Below are positions 7,722-16,697 of a stretch of 34,522 nt of DNA, piece after piece (within the stretch, counting starts at the first letter, position 1; each line of letters starts with the position of its first letter). A program made the position numbers and the translations under genes. This DNA comes from an uncultured Clostridium sp. (GTDB lineage Bacteria; Bacillota; Clostridia; Clostridiales; Clostridiaceae): positions 1 to 34,522 of the forward strand of contig CAYYVR010000008.1 in the NCBI GenBank assembly GCA_964475185.1, in the 5' to 3' direction. The notes beneath the pieces are model-generated. The model had not been told where the DNA came from and ran no database searches. It worked only from the letters and a program-made list of their open reading frames with translations.

Positions 7722-8816
7722 ATGGAGAACAAACGAATTTTCAATTTCTCAGCAGGTCCCTCAGAATTACCTTTGGAGGTATTGGAGAAAGCCGCAAAGG
7801 AAATGACCAACTACAACGGATCAGGGATGGGTGTCATGGAAATGTCCCACCGTTCCAAGATATATGACGGGATCTTTAAGGAGACCGAGGCAAAATTCAG
7901 AAAAGTATTTGCCGTTCCGGACAATTATAAGGTCCTGTTCCTCCAGGGCGGAGCCACCATGCAGTTTGCACAGATTCCGATGAACCTGATGACAAAGAAT
8001 AAAAAAGCCGATTACATCGTCACCGGTTCCTTCTCCGGCAAAGCCAAAACAGAAGCCGGGAAATTCGGTGAGGTCAATGTTGCCTTCACGGGCAAGGGCG
8101 AAGGCTTCGTGAGGATCCCGAAACAGGAAGACCTGAACCTGTCCCAGGATGCGGATTATGTACACTACTGCGACAACAACACGATTTTCGGAACCAAATG
8201 GAATTATGTCCCGGATACGGGAAATGTTCCGCTGGTTTGCGATATGTCCTCCTGCATCCTGTCAGAGCCCGTTGATGTTTCCAAGTTCGGACTCATCTAC
8301 GCCGGCGCACAGAAGAACATGGGACCGGCAGGCCTTGCAGTGATTGTGATCCGAGAAGATCTCATCGGCGATCCTCAGCCGGGAACACCGGTCATGCTCG
8401 AATACAAGACCATGGTGGAAAATGATTCCATGTACAACACCCCCAACACCTGGGCCATCTATGTCCTGGGCCTCGTTCTGGACTGGGTCGAAGCCAACGG
8501 CGGAACCAAGGGGATGCAGGAACTGGCAGAAAAGAGAAGCCAGCTGCTCTATGACTACATCGATAATTCCGACGGATACTACAAGAACCCCAACGATAAG
8601 GATTCCAGATCCAAAATGAATGTTGTGTTCCGTCTGCCCAATGAAGAACTGGAAGCAAAGTTCGTCAAGGAATCAGCTGCGGCCAACATGAGCAATCTCA
8701 AAGGTCATCGTTCAGTCGGCGGCATCCGTGCCTCCATCTACAACGCAATGCCGGTGGAAGGTGTGGAATTCCTGGTTGATTTCATGAAGAAATTCAAGGA
8801 AAACAATCCCGTCTAG
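7722..8816 (+). CDS. serC: Phosphoserine aminotransferase
   Basis: FNFSAGP, EMSHRS, FLQGGA, DMSS, YAGAQKNMGPAG (PLP Lys), GHRSVGGIRASIYNA; ATG 7722 preferred over 7716 by SD spacing. Confidence 0.96.
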   Translation: MENKRIFNFSAGPSELPLEVLEKAAKEMTNYNGSGMGVMEMSHRSKIYDGIFKETEAKFRKVFAVPDNYKVLFLQGGATMQFAQIPMNLMTKNKKADYIVTGSFSGKAKTEAGKFGEVNVAFTGKGEGFVRIPKQEDLNLSQDADYVHYCDNNTIFGTKWNYVPDTGNVPLVCDMSSCILSEPVDVSKFGLIYAGAQKNMGPAGLAVIVIREDLIGDPQPGTPVMLEYKTMVENDSMYNTPNTWAIYVLGLVLDWVEANGGTKGMQELAEKRSQLLYDYIDNSDGYYKNPNDKDSRSKMNVVFRLPNEELEAKFVKESAAANMSNLKGHRSVGGIRASIYNAMPVEGVEFLVDFMKKFKENNPV

Positions 8817-8848
8817 TCAAAGGCAGTATCAGAAGATCCATTGAACCC

Positions 8849-8891
8849 AGGATCCCCTGAATCCGAAGTCCACAATAATTCAGGGGATCTT
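8849..8891 (+). other. Intra-operon stem-loop between serC and the serA-like gene
   Basis: GATCCCCTGAAT (8851-8862) pairs with ATTCAGGGGATC (8878-8889); only a short T run follows, so a stability or partial-termination element. Confidence 0.55.
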
Positions 8892-8942
8892 TGAACAGAG
8901 AATCCAAACTACCCATTACCAAGATCTGGAGGAAAATTATTT

Positions 8943-9860
8943 ATGATCAGAGTACTTGCAACAGACGGAATGGATGCATCAGCAGTCGATAAGCTGAAGT
9001 CCCTGGGCTACGAAGTCGTTGAACAGTTCTACGAACCGGAAGAGTTGAAGAAAGCCGCTCAGGAAGCTGATGTCATGGTCGTCCGCTCTGCCACGAAGGT
9101 AAGAAAGGACATCATCGACGCTGCGGCTGAGACCGGCAAACTGAAACTGGTCATCCGCGGAGGCGTCGGCATCGATAACATCGACAAGGCCTACGCAGAG
9201 GAAAAAGGCATCAAGGTCACCAATACACCGGCAGCCTCCTCGGCTTCCGTTGCAGAACTGGCCATCGGGCACATGTTCTCCATGGCCCGGTTCATCGGGA
9301 TCGCCAATGCCACCATGCGCAGCGGTGAGTGGAACAAAAAGAAATATGAGGGCATCGAACTGGCCGGCAAGACCCTTGGACTCATCGGCTTCGGACGTAT
9401 TGCCAGAGAAGTCGCCAAACGGGCAGAAGTGCTGGGCATGAATGTCATCTATACCAAGCGCTCCGGAGAGGATGCCGACGTGAAGAACGCCCGGTTTGTG
9501 GACATGGATACGCTCCTGGCGGAGTCAGATTTCATCTCGCTGCATATCCCGAAACAGAAAGACCGGGATCATGTCATCGGCAGGGAAGAAATCGAAAAGA
9601 TGAAAGACGGGGTATTCCTGATCAATACAGCCCGCGGCGGTCTCATCGATGAGGATGTCCTGGTCGAGGCACTGGATTCGGGCAAAGTATCCGCAGCGGC
9701 TCTGGATGTATTCAAAGAAGAGCCCACGAAGAACGAAAAGGTCACGACCCATCCGAAGATTTCCATGACTCCGCACATCGGAGCTGCCACCAAGGAAGCT
9801 CAGACTCGGATCGGCGGAGAGATCGTACAGATCATTGAAGCGTTCTTCAAGGACAAATAG
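8943..9860 (+). CDS. serA: D-3-phosphoglycerate dehydrogenase, short form without ACT domain (D-2-hydroxyacid dehydrogenase family)
   Basis: VRSAT, GVGIDNID, GLIGFGRIA, LINTARGG, ALDVF..EP and TPHIGAAT.EAQ motifs; adjacent to serC. Confidence 0.85.
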   Translation: MIRVLATDGMDASAVDKLKSLGYEVVEQFYEPEELKKAAQEADVMVVRSATKVRKDIIDAAAETGKLKLVIRGGVGIDNIDKAYAEEKGIKVTNTPAASSASVAELAIGHMFSMARFIGIANATMRSGEWNKKKYEGIELAGKTLGLIGFGRIAREVAKRAEVLGMNVIYTKRSGEDADVKNARFVDMDTLLAESDFISLHIPKQKDRDHVIGREEIEKMKDGVFLINTARGGLIDEDVLVEALDSGKVSAAALDVFKEEPTKNEKVTTHPKISMTPHIGAATKEAQTRIGGEIVQIIEAFFKDK

Positions 9861-9872
9861 GAGGAAAGTTAC

Positions 9873-11114
9873 ATGAAAGTCAGACCCTTTAAGGCTGTAA
9901 GACCGTCCAGGGAAAAAGCCGACAAAGTCGCAGCACTCCCATACGACGTCATGGATTCCAAAGAAGCCCGTGAAATGGTGAAAGACAACCCGTATTCATT
10001 CCTGCATGTCGACAAGGCAGAGATCGATCTGCCCGAAGACATCGATCAGTATGATGACCAGGTCTATGCCAAAGCGAAAGCCAACATCGACAAATTCCTC
10101 GCCGAAGGCACGTTCATCCGTGATGAAAAGCCATCGTTCTACATCTATCGCCTCATCATGGGCGATGTTGTCCAGACGGGGATCGTCGGAGCGGCTTCCG
10201 TTGATGATTATATGGAAGATCGCATCAAGAAGCATGAGTTCACCAGAGAAGCCAAGGAAAAGGACCGGATCCGCCACGTGGATACCACCAATGCCAACAC
10301 CGGACCGATCTTCCTGACATATCCAGAAAAAGCTGACCTGAGCGCACTGGTCGATGAGTGGACCAAAAAGGCGCCCGAATATGACTTCACCTCCGAAGAC
10401 GGCGTACAGCATACCGTTTGGGTCGTTGACGGAGAGGAAGCCGTGGCAGTCATCGAGCAGGCATTCAATGAGATCCCGGCTCTGTATATCGCAGATGGTC
10501 ATCATCGGGCCGCCTCTGCAGTCAAGGTCGGAAAAATGAGAAGAGATGCTAAACCCGATTACACGGGCGACGAGGAGTTCAACTACTTCCTGTCCGTCAT
10601 TTTCCCATCCAACCAGCTCAAGATCATGGACTACAACCGGATCATCAAAGATCTTAACGGACACAGCGAAGAAGAGCTCCTGAACCTGTTAAAGGAGAAA
10701 TTTGAAGTTGAGGAATACAAGGGAGAAGGACAGTACCGTCCCGAGCGGAAACACACCTTCGGACTGTATCTCCCCGGAAAATGGTACAAGCTCACTGCCA
10801 AACCCGAGATCCTTCAGGATGAGGATGTCCTCAAATCCCTTGACGTTTCAGTATTATCCGAAAACGTTCTGGATCCGATCTTTGACATTAAGGATCAGAG
10901 AACATCCGAACGCATCGATTTTGTCGGCGGGATCCGCGGACTGGCCGAACTGGAAAAACGCGTCGGCGAAGGATTTGCAGCAGCCATTGCGCTGTATCCC
11001 ACCGACATCGAGGATCTGATGAAGATCGCCGATTCAGGCCGGGTCATGCCGCCAAAATCCACCTGGTTCGAACCGAAGCTGCGCTCCGGATTGTTCCTCC
11101 ACGAATTGGATTAA
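9873..11114 (+). CDS. DUF1015 family protein
   Basis: ALPYDV, IKKHEFTR..KE.DR, YIADGHHR and MPPKSTWFEPKLRSGL motifs; AGGAGG SD overlapping the upstream stop. Confidence 0.88.
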   Translation: MKVRPFKAVRPSREKADKVAALPYDVMDSKEAREMVKDNPYSFLHVDKAEIDLPEDIDQYDDQVYAKAKANIDKFLAEGTFIRDEKPSFYIYRLIMGDVVQTGIVGAASVDDYMEDRIKKHEFTREAKEKDRIRHVDTTNANTGPIFLTYPEKADLSALVDEWTKKAPEYDFTSEDGVQHTVWVVDGEEAVAVIEQAFNEIPALYIADGHHRAASAVKVGKMRRDAKPDYTGDEEFNYFLSVIFPSNQLKIMDYNRIIKDLNGHSEEELLNLLKEKFEVEEYKGEGQYRPERKHTFGLYLPGKWYKLTAKPEILQDEDVLKSLDVSVLSENVLDPIFDIKDQRTSERIDFVGGIRGLAELEKRVGEGFAAAIALYPTDIEDLMKIADSGRVMPPKSTWFEPKLRSGLFLHELD

Positions 11115-11145
11115 ACGATCACCATCGGAACGAAAAAAATAATCG

Positions 11146-11196
11146 ATCAGGGCCATGAGTCCGGGGATCTGCCCCAGGCTCATGGCCCTGATTTTT
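11146..11196 (+). terminator. Intrinsic terminator of the ser operon
   Basis: 14-bp perfect arms ATCAGGGCCATGAG/CTCATGGCCCTGAT, inner GGGG/CCCC pairing, then TTTT. Confidence 0.8.
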
Positions 11197-11405
11197 AAGG
11201 CAGGGAGATCCCAGCCGGAAGTCAGATTGAGGCTCTTCGACAAGTAAACAGAAGAGCCGGCACAGGGGGAAACGGCAGACGTTTGCATCCATGGGACAAA
11301 CGGCATGGCTGTGAGTCAGTAAAAAAATAGGCGGCTGGAAAATACTGACGGGGAAAAAATACTGGCGGCAACAAAATTCTGGCGGGGAAAATATTCAGCA
11401 GGGTG

Positions 11406-11436
11406 TTGACTATTACGTTGCGTTATAGTTTATTCT
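11406..11436 (+). promoter_or_regulatory. MerR-type (Mta/TipA) promoter-operator with 19-bp spacer
   Basis: TTGACT (11406-11411), 19-bp spacer, TATTCT (11431-11436); dyad ACTATTACG-TTG-CGTTATAGT. Confidence 0.85.
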
Positions 11437-11493
11437 GATATCAGACGATCCATTATGCGGTGAAAGCAGAGATGTCAGAGGAGGGAAGAGAGC

Positions 11494-12243
11494 TTGGAGC
11501 TGAAAATCAGAGAAATGGCTGAGCTGGCCAGAGTGAGTGTGAGAACACTCCAGTATTACGATAAGATCGGCTTGCTGCCGGTGACCAAACAATCCACTAA
11601 CGGGTATCGCATCTATACGGCCTCGGATCTCGACCGCCTTCAGGAGATCCTTTTATTCAAGGCCCTGGGATTCGAACTGAAAGACATCTCCAAGATGATC
11701 AGCGCCTCTGATTACGAGCGGCTGAAAGCCCTGAAGATGCATCGATCGCTGACCCGGCGGCGAATGAAGGAACTGGAGGAATTGCTGGAGAACATCAATG
11801 GATCGATCCAGGAAATCGAGGAGGGAATCATGATGAAGAAACACGATAAATTCAAAGGAATGGATTTCAGAAAAAATCCCTACGAAGCAGAAGCCCGTGA
11901 AAAATGGGGGGATGAGCGTGTGGAGGAAGCCAATGCGAAGATCCGCGGAAAAAGTGATGAAGAACTGGGTGGCCTGCAGGAGCGGATGAACAGAATTTTC
12001 GAAGGCTTTGCCGCTCTCGTCGGGACCGATCCCGAAGGGGACCAGGCTGTCAGCCTTTGCGGGGAGTTCTTTGCCCTTCTGAATCAGGAGGTCGGCAGTT
12101 TTTACGACAAGGAGGTTTTCAAGGGTCTGGGTCAAATGTATGTGGATGATGAACGATTCACCGAAAATCTGGACCGCTGGGGTGAGGGGACAGCCCGATT
12201 CATGCGGGATGCCATGGCCTTCTACTCGGATCATAAATTATAA
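11494..12243 (+). CDS. MerR-family transcriptional activator with TipAS antibiotic-recognition domain (Mta/TipA-like)
   Basis: VSVRTLQYYD.IGLL...NGYR.Y HTH; Y..EA.EKWG and GLGQMYVDDERF TipAS motifs; TTG start with GAGGAGGG. Confidence 0.92.
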   Translation: MELKIREMAELARVSVRTLQYYDKIGLLPVTKQSTNGYRIYTASDLDRLQEILLFKALGFELKDISKMISASDYERLKALKMHRSLTRRRMKELEELLENINGSIQEIEEGIMMKKHDKFKGMDFRKNPYEAEAREKWGDERVEEANAKIRGKSDEELGGLQERMNRIFEGFAALVGTDPEGDQAVSLCGEFFALLNQEVGSFYDKEVFKGLGQMYVDDERFTENLDRWGEGTARFMRDAMAFYSDHKL

Positions 12244-12249
12244 GCCAAA

Positions 12250-12287
12250 TAAAAGAGAGTCTGATGCTGAATCCAGACTCTCTTTTA
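12250..12287. terminator. Bidirectional terminator between convergent merR and marR genes
   Basis: TAAAAGAGAGTCTG/CAGACTCTCTTTTA 14-bp inverted repeat. Confidence 0.85.
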
Positions 12288-12359
12288 ATGTTCATGGGCT
12301 GATGTTCCCTGCAGTATGGCCGGCGGATCTGAACGGAATCTTTTTGATGGCGGGGCAGA

Positions 12360-12872
12360 TCAATCGTCACTGCCGCTGTCTTTACTCGAAGTTTCCTTTG
12401 GAACATAGGTAAAATCCTCGTCTCTCATGAGCTCAGATACATTCTTGATCAGATTCAGCAACTCGGAAGCGTGAATAATGATCTGCTCCAGTTCTTCTTC
12501 GGTATAATCAACGAACATTTCTTCCACGATGTGGGTATTGGCGGCTTTCAGGTCGTCATAAAAAGCCCGGCCGGATACGGTGAGGTTCAATCGGATGACC
12601 CGGCGATCCTTTTCATCCCGGTTTCTCTGAAGGTACCCCTTTTTGATCAGCGCATCCAGGATCGGAGTCATGTTGGGTTTTGAGATCTTCAGATATTTCG
12701 CAACGTCGGTCACTGATGAGTTATCGCGTCGTCTCAAATAGAAAAGAACTGAAAACTGGGCCGGTGTCAGATGGATCGCTTTGGACAATACCAGCGGGTT
12801 GAAAATTTTCTTGTGCAGGATGATCATCAGATCATAGAGATAGGAAGTCACTTGCGGATAGTTCTTGCTCAT
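12360..12872 (-). CDS. MarR-family transcriptional regulator (170 aa)
   Basis: LTPAQFSVL, ISKPNMT..LD.L..KGY, DEKDRRV..L.LT..G; start moved to ATG 12872 (AAGGAG 8 nt upstream). Confidence 0.9.
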   Translation of the reverse strand: MSKNYPQVTSYLYDLMIILHKKIFNPLVLSKAIHLTPAQFSVLFYLRRRDNSSVTDVAKYLKISKPNMTPILDALIKKGYLQRNRDEKDRRVIRLNLTVSGRAFYDDLKAANTHIVEEMFVDYTEEELEQIIIHASELLNLIKNVSELMRDEDFTYVPKETSSKDSGSDD

Positions 12873-13216
12873 CTTCATCACTCCTTGTGAAATGACCCCA
12901 TGATTTTGGGGGATACCCAATGTTTTATCTATATTATAGTTTCCAAAGAGGTTATAATAATCATACTCAATTATGAGAGAAATTACAAAGGTATAACTAT
13001 GAACACTTGATAAATTAATGGTGAAAATCAGAGCGATCTGTTCCCTCTTCGATAAGTTAATAACCCATTCAGGCGGAGCAAAATCGATTTTGACAGCCCT
13101 TCAGGTCTGGAAGATCGGCACTGTGAAGCAGTTTCCTGCCTGATTGTTCTTCAGTCAGGGGTCGGGCATCAACGGGATCATTGCGGGCGACAGAAGAGCG
13201 CGAACGGACGGCACCA

Positions 13217-13245
13217 TTGATTAACCGCGGACAGATAGGTAAACT
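13217..13245 (+). promoter_or_regulatory. SigmaA promoter of the lipoprotein gene
   Basis: TTGATT (13217-13222), 17-bp spacer, TAAACT (13240-13245). Confidence 0.6.
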
Positions 13246-13277
13246 GGAAGAGACAGTGCAGGAAGGTGAGTGATTCG

Positions 13278-14240
13278 ATGAACGGATTCAAAGGAAAGGA
13301 CCATGACAATCGCATACGCAAAGGCCATCTGATATGGATCGTGGCTACCGCAGTGACGATGACAGGCTGTCAGGCGCTGATCCCTCAGCCTGCGACGGCC
13401 CCCGTTGTCACCACCGGTTCCGGCACGCTGCCGGACAGTCACCCCGGGACAGGGATGGATCTGACGACGGCAGCAGAGGCGGGATCGACAGGCAGTTCCG
13501 CTTCAGGGACTGAAACGACCACTGCTGCCACAGCGCCCGCTGCGACCACCGGGATCACAGTTCCCCTTACGCAGGTCAGCACCACCACCGGCAGCGTGGC
13601 GCTGGACCGTTTCACCCGGGCCCGTGAAGCGTTACGCAGTGATGTCATGACCCATCTGTGGTCCGTGGAAAGCAATTTTCCGCTGAAAACGGGCGCGATC
13701 ATCCGGGCGGTGAATTACGGCGAGGACGGTCAGATGACGACCGGCTGGGGCAGCAGCGAAGAAAGTGAAGGCATCGATTCAGAGATCACCATGTGGTATC
13801 GCACGCAGGAAGAGCTGATCCTTGCTGAAGACGGCGCGTTCCGGCGATATCCCCTGAGTGAGGTACGGCCTGCAGAAGAGTACGATCTCGCTGGACTGAT
13901 CCGCAGGATGCTGTCAGAGTATTCCGTTAATCTGGAGTCGGGCGCCTACTATGTCAAACTGACCACTCAGAATGAAAACCTCATTCGGACGATGATGGAA
14001 GATCTGGGTTATCGAAAGACCGAAGCGGACGCCTATCAGGGCAATCTTTATCTGGAAGCCAGCCTCGATGAGGTGACAGGGAACCTGCTCCACATCAACT
14101 ATGTGTTCAGGCATCGGGTCGACGGATATACGGACAACGGCTCCCTCTCTTTCAGGGACTGGAACATTCCGGTCCAGGTCGTGATTCCGGAGGATCCTGC
14201 GTCTGCAGCGGATCCTGCAGGCACTGACACCCAGCCGTAA
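13278..14240 (+). CDS. Lipoprotein with Thr/Ala-rich linker and beta-rich C-terminal domain (possibly LolA/LppX-like fold)
   Basis: Lipobox-like MTGC after a hydrophobic stretch; long T/A/S/G linker; C-terminal FRDWNIPVQVVIP; ATG 13278 follows GGAAGGTGA (alternative GTG 13266). Confidence 0.7.
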   Translation: MNGFKGKDHDNRIRKGHLIWIVATAVTMTGCQALIPQPATAPVVTTGSGTLPDSHPGTGMDLTTAAEAGSTGSSASGTETTTAATAPAATTGITVPLTQVSTTTGSVALDRFTRAREALRSDVMTHLWSVESNFPLKTGAIIRAVNYGEDGQMTTGWGSSEESEGIDSEITMWYRTQEELILAEDGAFRRYPLSEVRPAEEYDLAGLIRRMLSEYSVNLESGAYYVKLTTQNENLIRTMMEDLGYRKTEADAYQGNLYLEASLDEVTGNLLHINYVFRHRVDGYTDNGSLSFRDWNIPVQVVIPEDPASAADPAGTDTQP

Positions 14241-14293
14241 TACCCATGGTTGACACCATGACCCATCTGGAAAAATAAGAAAAAAACACCGTC

Positions 14294-14335
14294 AAAAAAC
14301 AGCAGGATCCCGATGAACGGGTCCTGCTGTTTTTT
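14294..14335. terminator. Bidirectional terminator
   Basis: AAAAAACAGCAGGATCC/GGGTCCTGCTGTTTTTT inverted repeat between convergent genes. Confidence 0.85.
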
Positions 14336-14354
14336 CGTTGAACGTCAGATCTGA

Positions 14355-15638
14355 TTATTTTTCATCGTCGGTGATTTCAGCATCAACGACTTTTTTATTA
14401 AGCAGTGATTCAATATGGGAAGTGTCACTGGCTTCTTCATCCGGACCGCGGTATGCGCCCTGCTTTTCAACGGGCCTGGCCTGGGCGGCGTTTTCTCCGC
14501 CGGTGACGGATTTCATGAGGCTCTGCTTCAGCGTCTCTTCGATCTTCAGCAGTTCCTGTTCAGCTGCCAGACGTCTGGCCTGGCCTTCTTTCTGGATCTT
14601 CAGGGTCTCATCGATGGTGGTGATGAGATCATCATTGACCTTTTTCAGGGTCTCAAGTTCCACGATGCCGCGTTCGGATTCCTTGGCAACTTCAATGGTA
14701 TTGGTTTTGAGCATTTCTGAATTTTTCCTCAACAGTTCGTTGGTTGTCGAAGTGACGCTGCGCTGCATTTCCAGTCCGGCCTTCTGCTTGGACAGGGAGA
14801 GTGCGATGACCACCTGAGATTTCCACAGGGGGATGGTATTGAGAATGGCGGTCTGGATCTTATCGACCAGTGCTTTGTCATTGTTCTGGATCAGTTTGAT
14901 CTGAGGGGCGGTCTGAATGGCCAGCGTTTTTGAGAGCTTCAGATCATGGACTTTCTTGTCAAACCGGTTGACGGTATTTTCAAAGTCATTGATGAGCTGG
15001 CTTGCCATGGGATCATTGGACTCAAGGGCTTCCTGACGAAGTTTGGGCAGCGTCGTCTCCTTGAGTTCCTTCAGTTTTTCCTCACCGGCAAAAATGTAGA
15101 GCTGAAGATCATTGAAGTACTCGACGTTTTTCTGGTAGAGATTATCCAGGACGCCGATGTCCTTGAGCAATCCCATGCGGGCTTTATCCAGTTCAGATTC
15201 GATCTTGTCGATCTGGGTCTCCAGGGTCTGGAAACGGGCCATGTATTTCTCGGTGGAATTGGTCAGTTTGCCCAGGAACGGGATCTTTTTCAGGAAACTG
15301 TCATCATCCATGGAGTCGGTATCGGCCTCCCGGACCTTGGTCATCAGATCCGTCATGATCTCCCCGACATGGCCGGCATCCTTGCTCTTGATCTGAGAGA
15401 GGATCGTTTCGGAGAACTGGGCGATGTTTTTCTGCGCACCGACCCCGTACTGTTCCGTCATCTGGGAATCCATCAGGTCGATGTTGTTCTTGATCTCATC
15501 GATTTTCTGACGCTCGGCCGGGGTGACTCGCTCCACCTGCTGGGTGAGCTTGGCGATTTCCTGTTGTTTTTCCTGCTGGACACTCTGTTCCTTGGCACTG
15601 CTTTTGGCTAGATTCTGCAGCGTGATTTCTTCTGGCAT
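14355..15638 (-). CDS. Toxic anion resistance protein, TelA/KlaA (YaaN) family
   Basis: YG..AQ, QTAPQIKLIQ.N...L..KI..AI.NTIPLWK, TNELL.KNSEMLK, ERGIV..ETLK motifs; downstream of an xpaC-like gene. Confidence 0.92.
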   Translation of the reverse strand: MPEEITLQNLAKSSAKEQSVQQEKQQEIAKLTQQVERVTPAERQKIDEIKNNIDLMDSQMTEQYGVGAQKNIAQFSETILSQIKSKDAGHVGEIMTDLMTKVREADTDSMDDDSFLKKIPFLGKLTNSTEKYMARFQTLETQIDKIESELDKARMGLLKDIGVLDNLYQKNVEYFNDLQLYIFAGEEKLKELKETTLPKLRQEALESNDPMASQLINDFENTVNRFDKKVHDLKLSKTLAIQTAPQIKLIQNNDKALVDKIQTAILNTIPLWKSQVVIALSLSKQKAGLEMQRSVTSTTNELLRKNSEMLKTNTIEVAKESERGIVELETLKKVNDDLITTIDETLKIQKEGQARRLAAEQELLKIEETLKQSLMKSVTGGENAAQARPVEKQGAYRGPDEEASDTSHIESLLNKKVVDAEITDDEK

Positions 15639-15765
15639 TCTAATTACTCCTCCTGTGGTCCTTTTTTGATGGGGTGATTCGATGGGTGGGGTTGGAGAGG
15701 GCTTATTTTGGATGATCGTTTATGGGATCTGCTGTCTGGTGACACCGGATCCCGCGGCTGCCTGA

Positions 15766-16371
15766 TCACTCTTTGGGGTGCGTCTTCTGCAGGAGATCAA
15801 TGTCGGCTTCGATATCCACCAGTTCATTGGTAGCCAGCTGAATATACTGTTTTTTGAAAGCATCCTGGAGTGTGATCAGGGCACTGGCGGTTTTTGTTTC
15901 GATATTGTCAACTTCCTGGGCTTTGATGCCGGTGATCTCAAACTCATAGTATTTCCCGAGAATGTCCCTGGCCGTATCCAGGTAATAGCCGAAGAAGCGG
16001 CGGGCTTTGGTGATCTTATGGGGATTGCGCCGCAGGTACTCCATGATTTTTTCGCCCAGATGATAAAGCGCCATGGCATTGTCGGCGATATCCTTTGATT
16101 TGACGTGTTTTGCCACAAAAAGTACCTGATCCATGTCAGCTTCTGCCTGTTTCATCAGTCCTGCCAGTTCCTCTTCCATGACCCCGGAGGGCAGATCCAG
16201 CCGCGGATAGGCTTTGCTTCTGGCCCGGATCGAGATCAGAGCGATCAGGAAGGAGACAGCGGTGAGGAGCAGGGAGGAGTAAATATCGATGCGAATGATC
16301 AGAAAAGTCAGGCCAAAGACGATCGCGGGCGGGATGAGGATCCCGAGTAATGATTTTAATGATCGGTTCAT
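15766..16371 (-). CDS. xpaC: XpaC-family (5-bromo-4-chloroindolyl phosphate hydrolysis) membrane protein (201 aa)
   Basis: Two N-terminal TM segments, P......RRFF.YYLDT....L.KY motif, xpaC-telA gene order; start moved to ATG 16371 (AAGGAA SD). Confidence 0.8.
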   Translation of the reverse strand: MNRSLKSLLGILIPPAIVFGLTFLIIRIDIYSSLLLTAVSFLIALISIRARSKAYPRLDLPSGVMEEELAGLMKQAEADMDQVLFVAKHVKSKDIADNAMALYHLGEKIMEYLRRNPHKITKARRFFGYYLDTARDILGKYYEFEITGIKAQEVDNIETKTASALITLQDAFKKQYIQLATNELVDIEADIDLLQKTHPKE

Positions 16372-16665
16372 GGTACATTCCTTTGCTAAAATATTTTTAA
16401 AGATCAAACTGTCAGGGAAGATGGGACGGGTGGACCGTGTCAGGGCAGGCTCCACAGCCGATGTTTCCGCTGAATTTCAACTTCAGACCCTGCTGAAAAC
16501 AGATGCACGGCACGCAATGTAATGGTTGTGATTCTGATTCAAATTTTAGCATACAATGATGAACAAAGATTGAAAGCGAGATTAAAACAACTCGTCAAAG
16601 AATGACCCGTGTCCGGAGGATGGAGGAGGTCCAGGGGCAGTTGAAAGATTAAAAATCGATTAAAT

Positions 16666-16679
16666 AGAACGTACGTTCT
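16666..16679. promoter_or_regulatory. Putative LexA (SOS) box
   Basis: Perfect palindrome AGAAC-GTAC-GTTCT matching the Gram-positive GAAC-N4-GTTC consensus; abuts the -35 region of the clpB promoter. Confidence 0.6.
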
Positions 16680-16697
16680 TTAAATTGGGTCGATTAG

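Noticed and set aside
16384-16551. 9-bp inverted pair TGCTAAAAT (16384) / ATTTTAGCA (16543) as element ends or convergent promoters
   Set aside because: Short and AT-rich with no target-site duplication; the right copy is simply explained as the xpaC extended -10.
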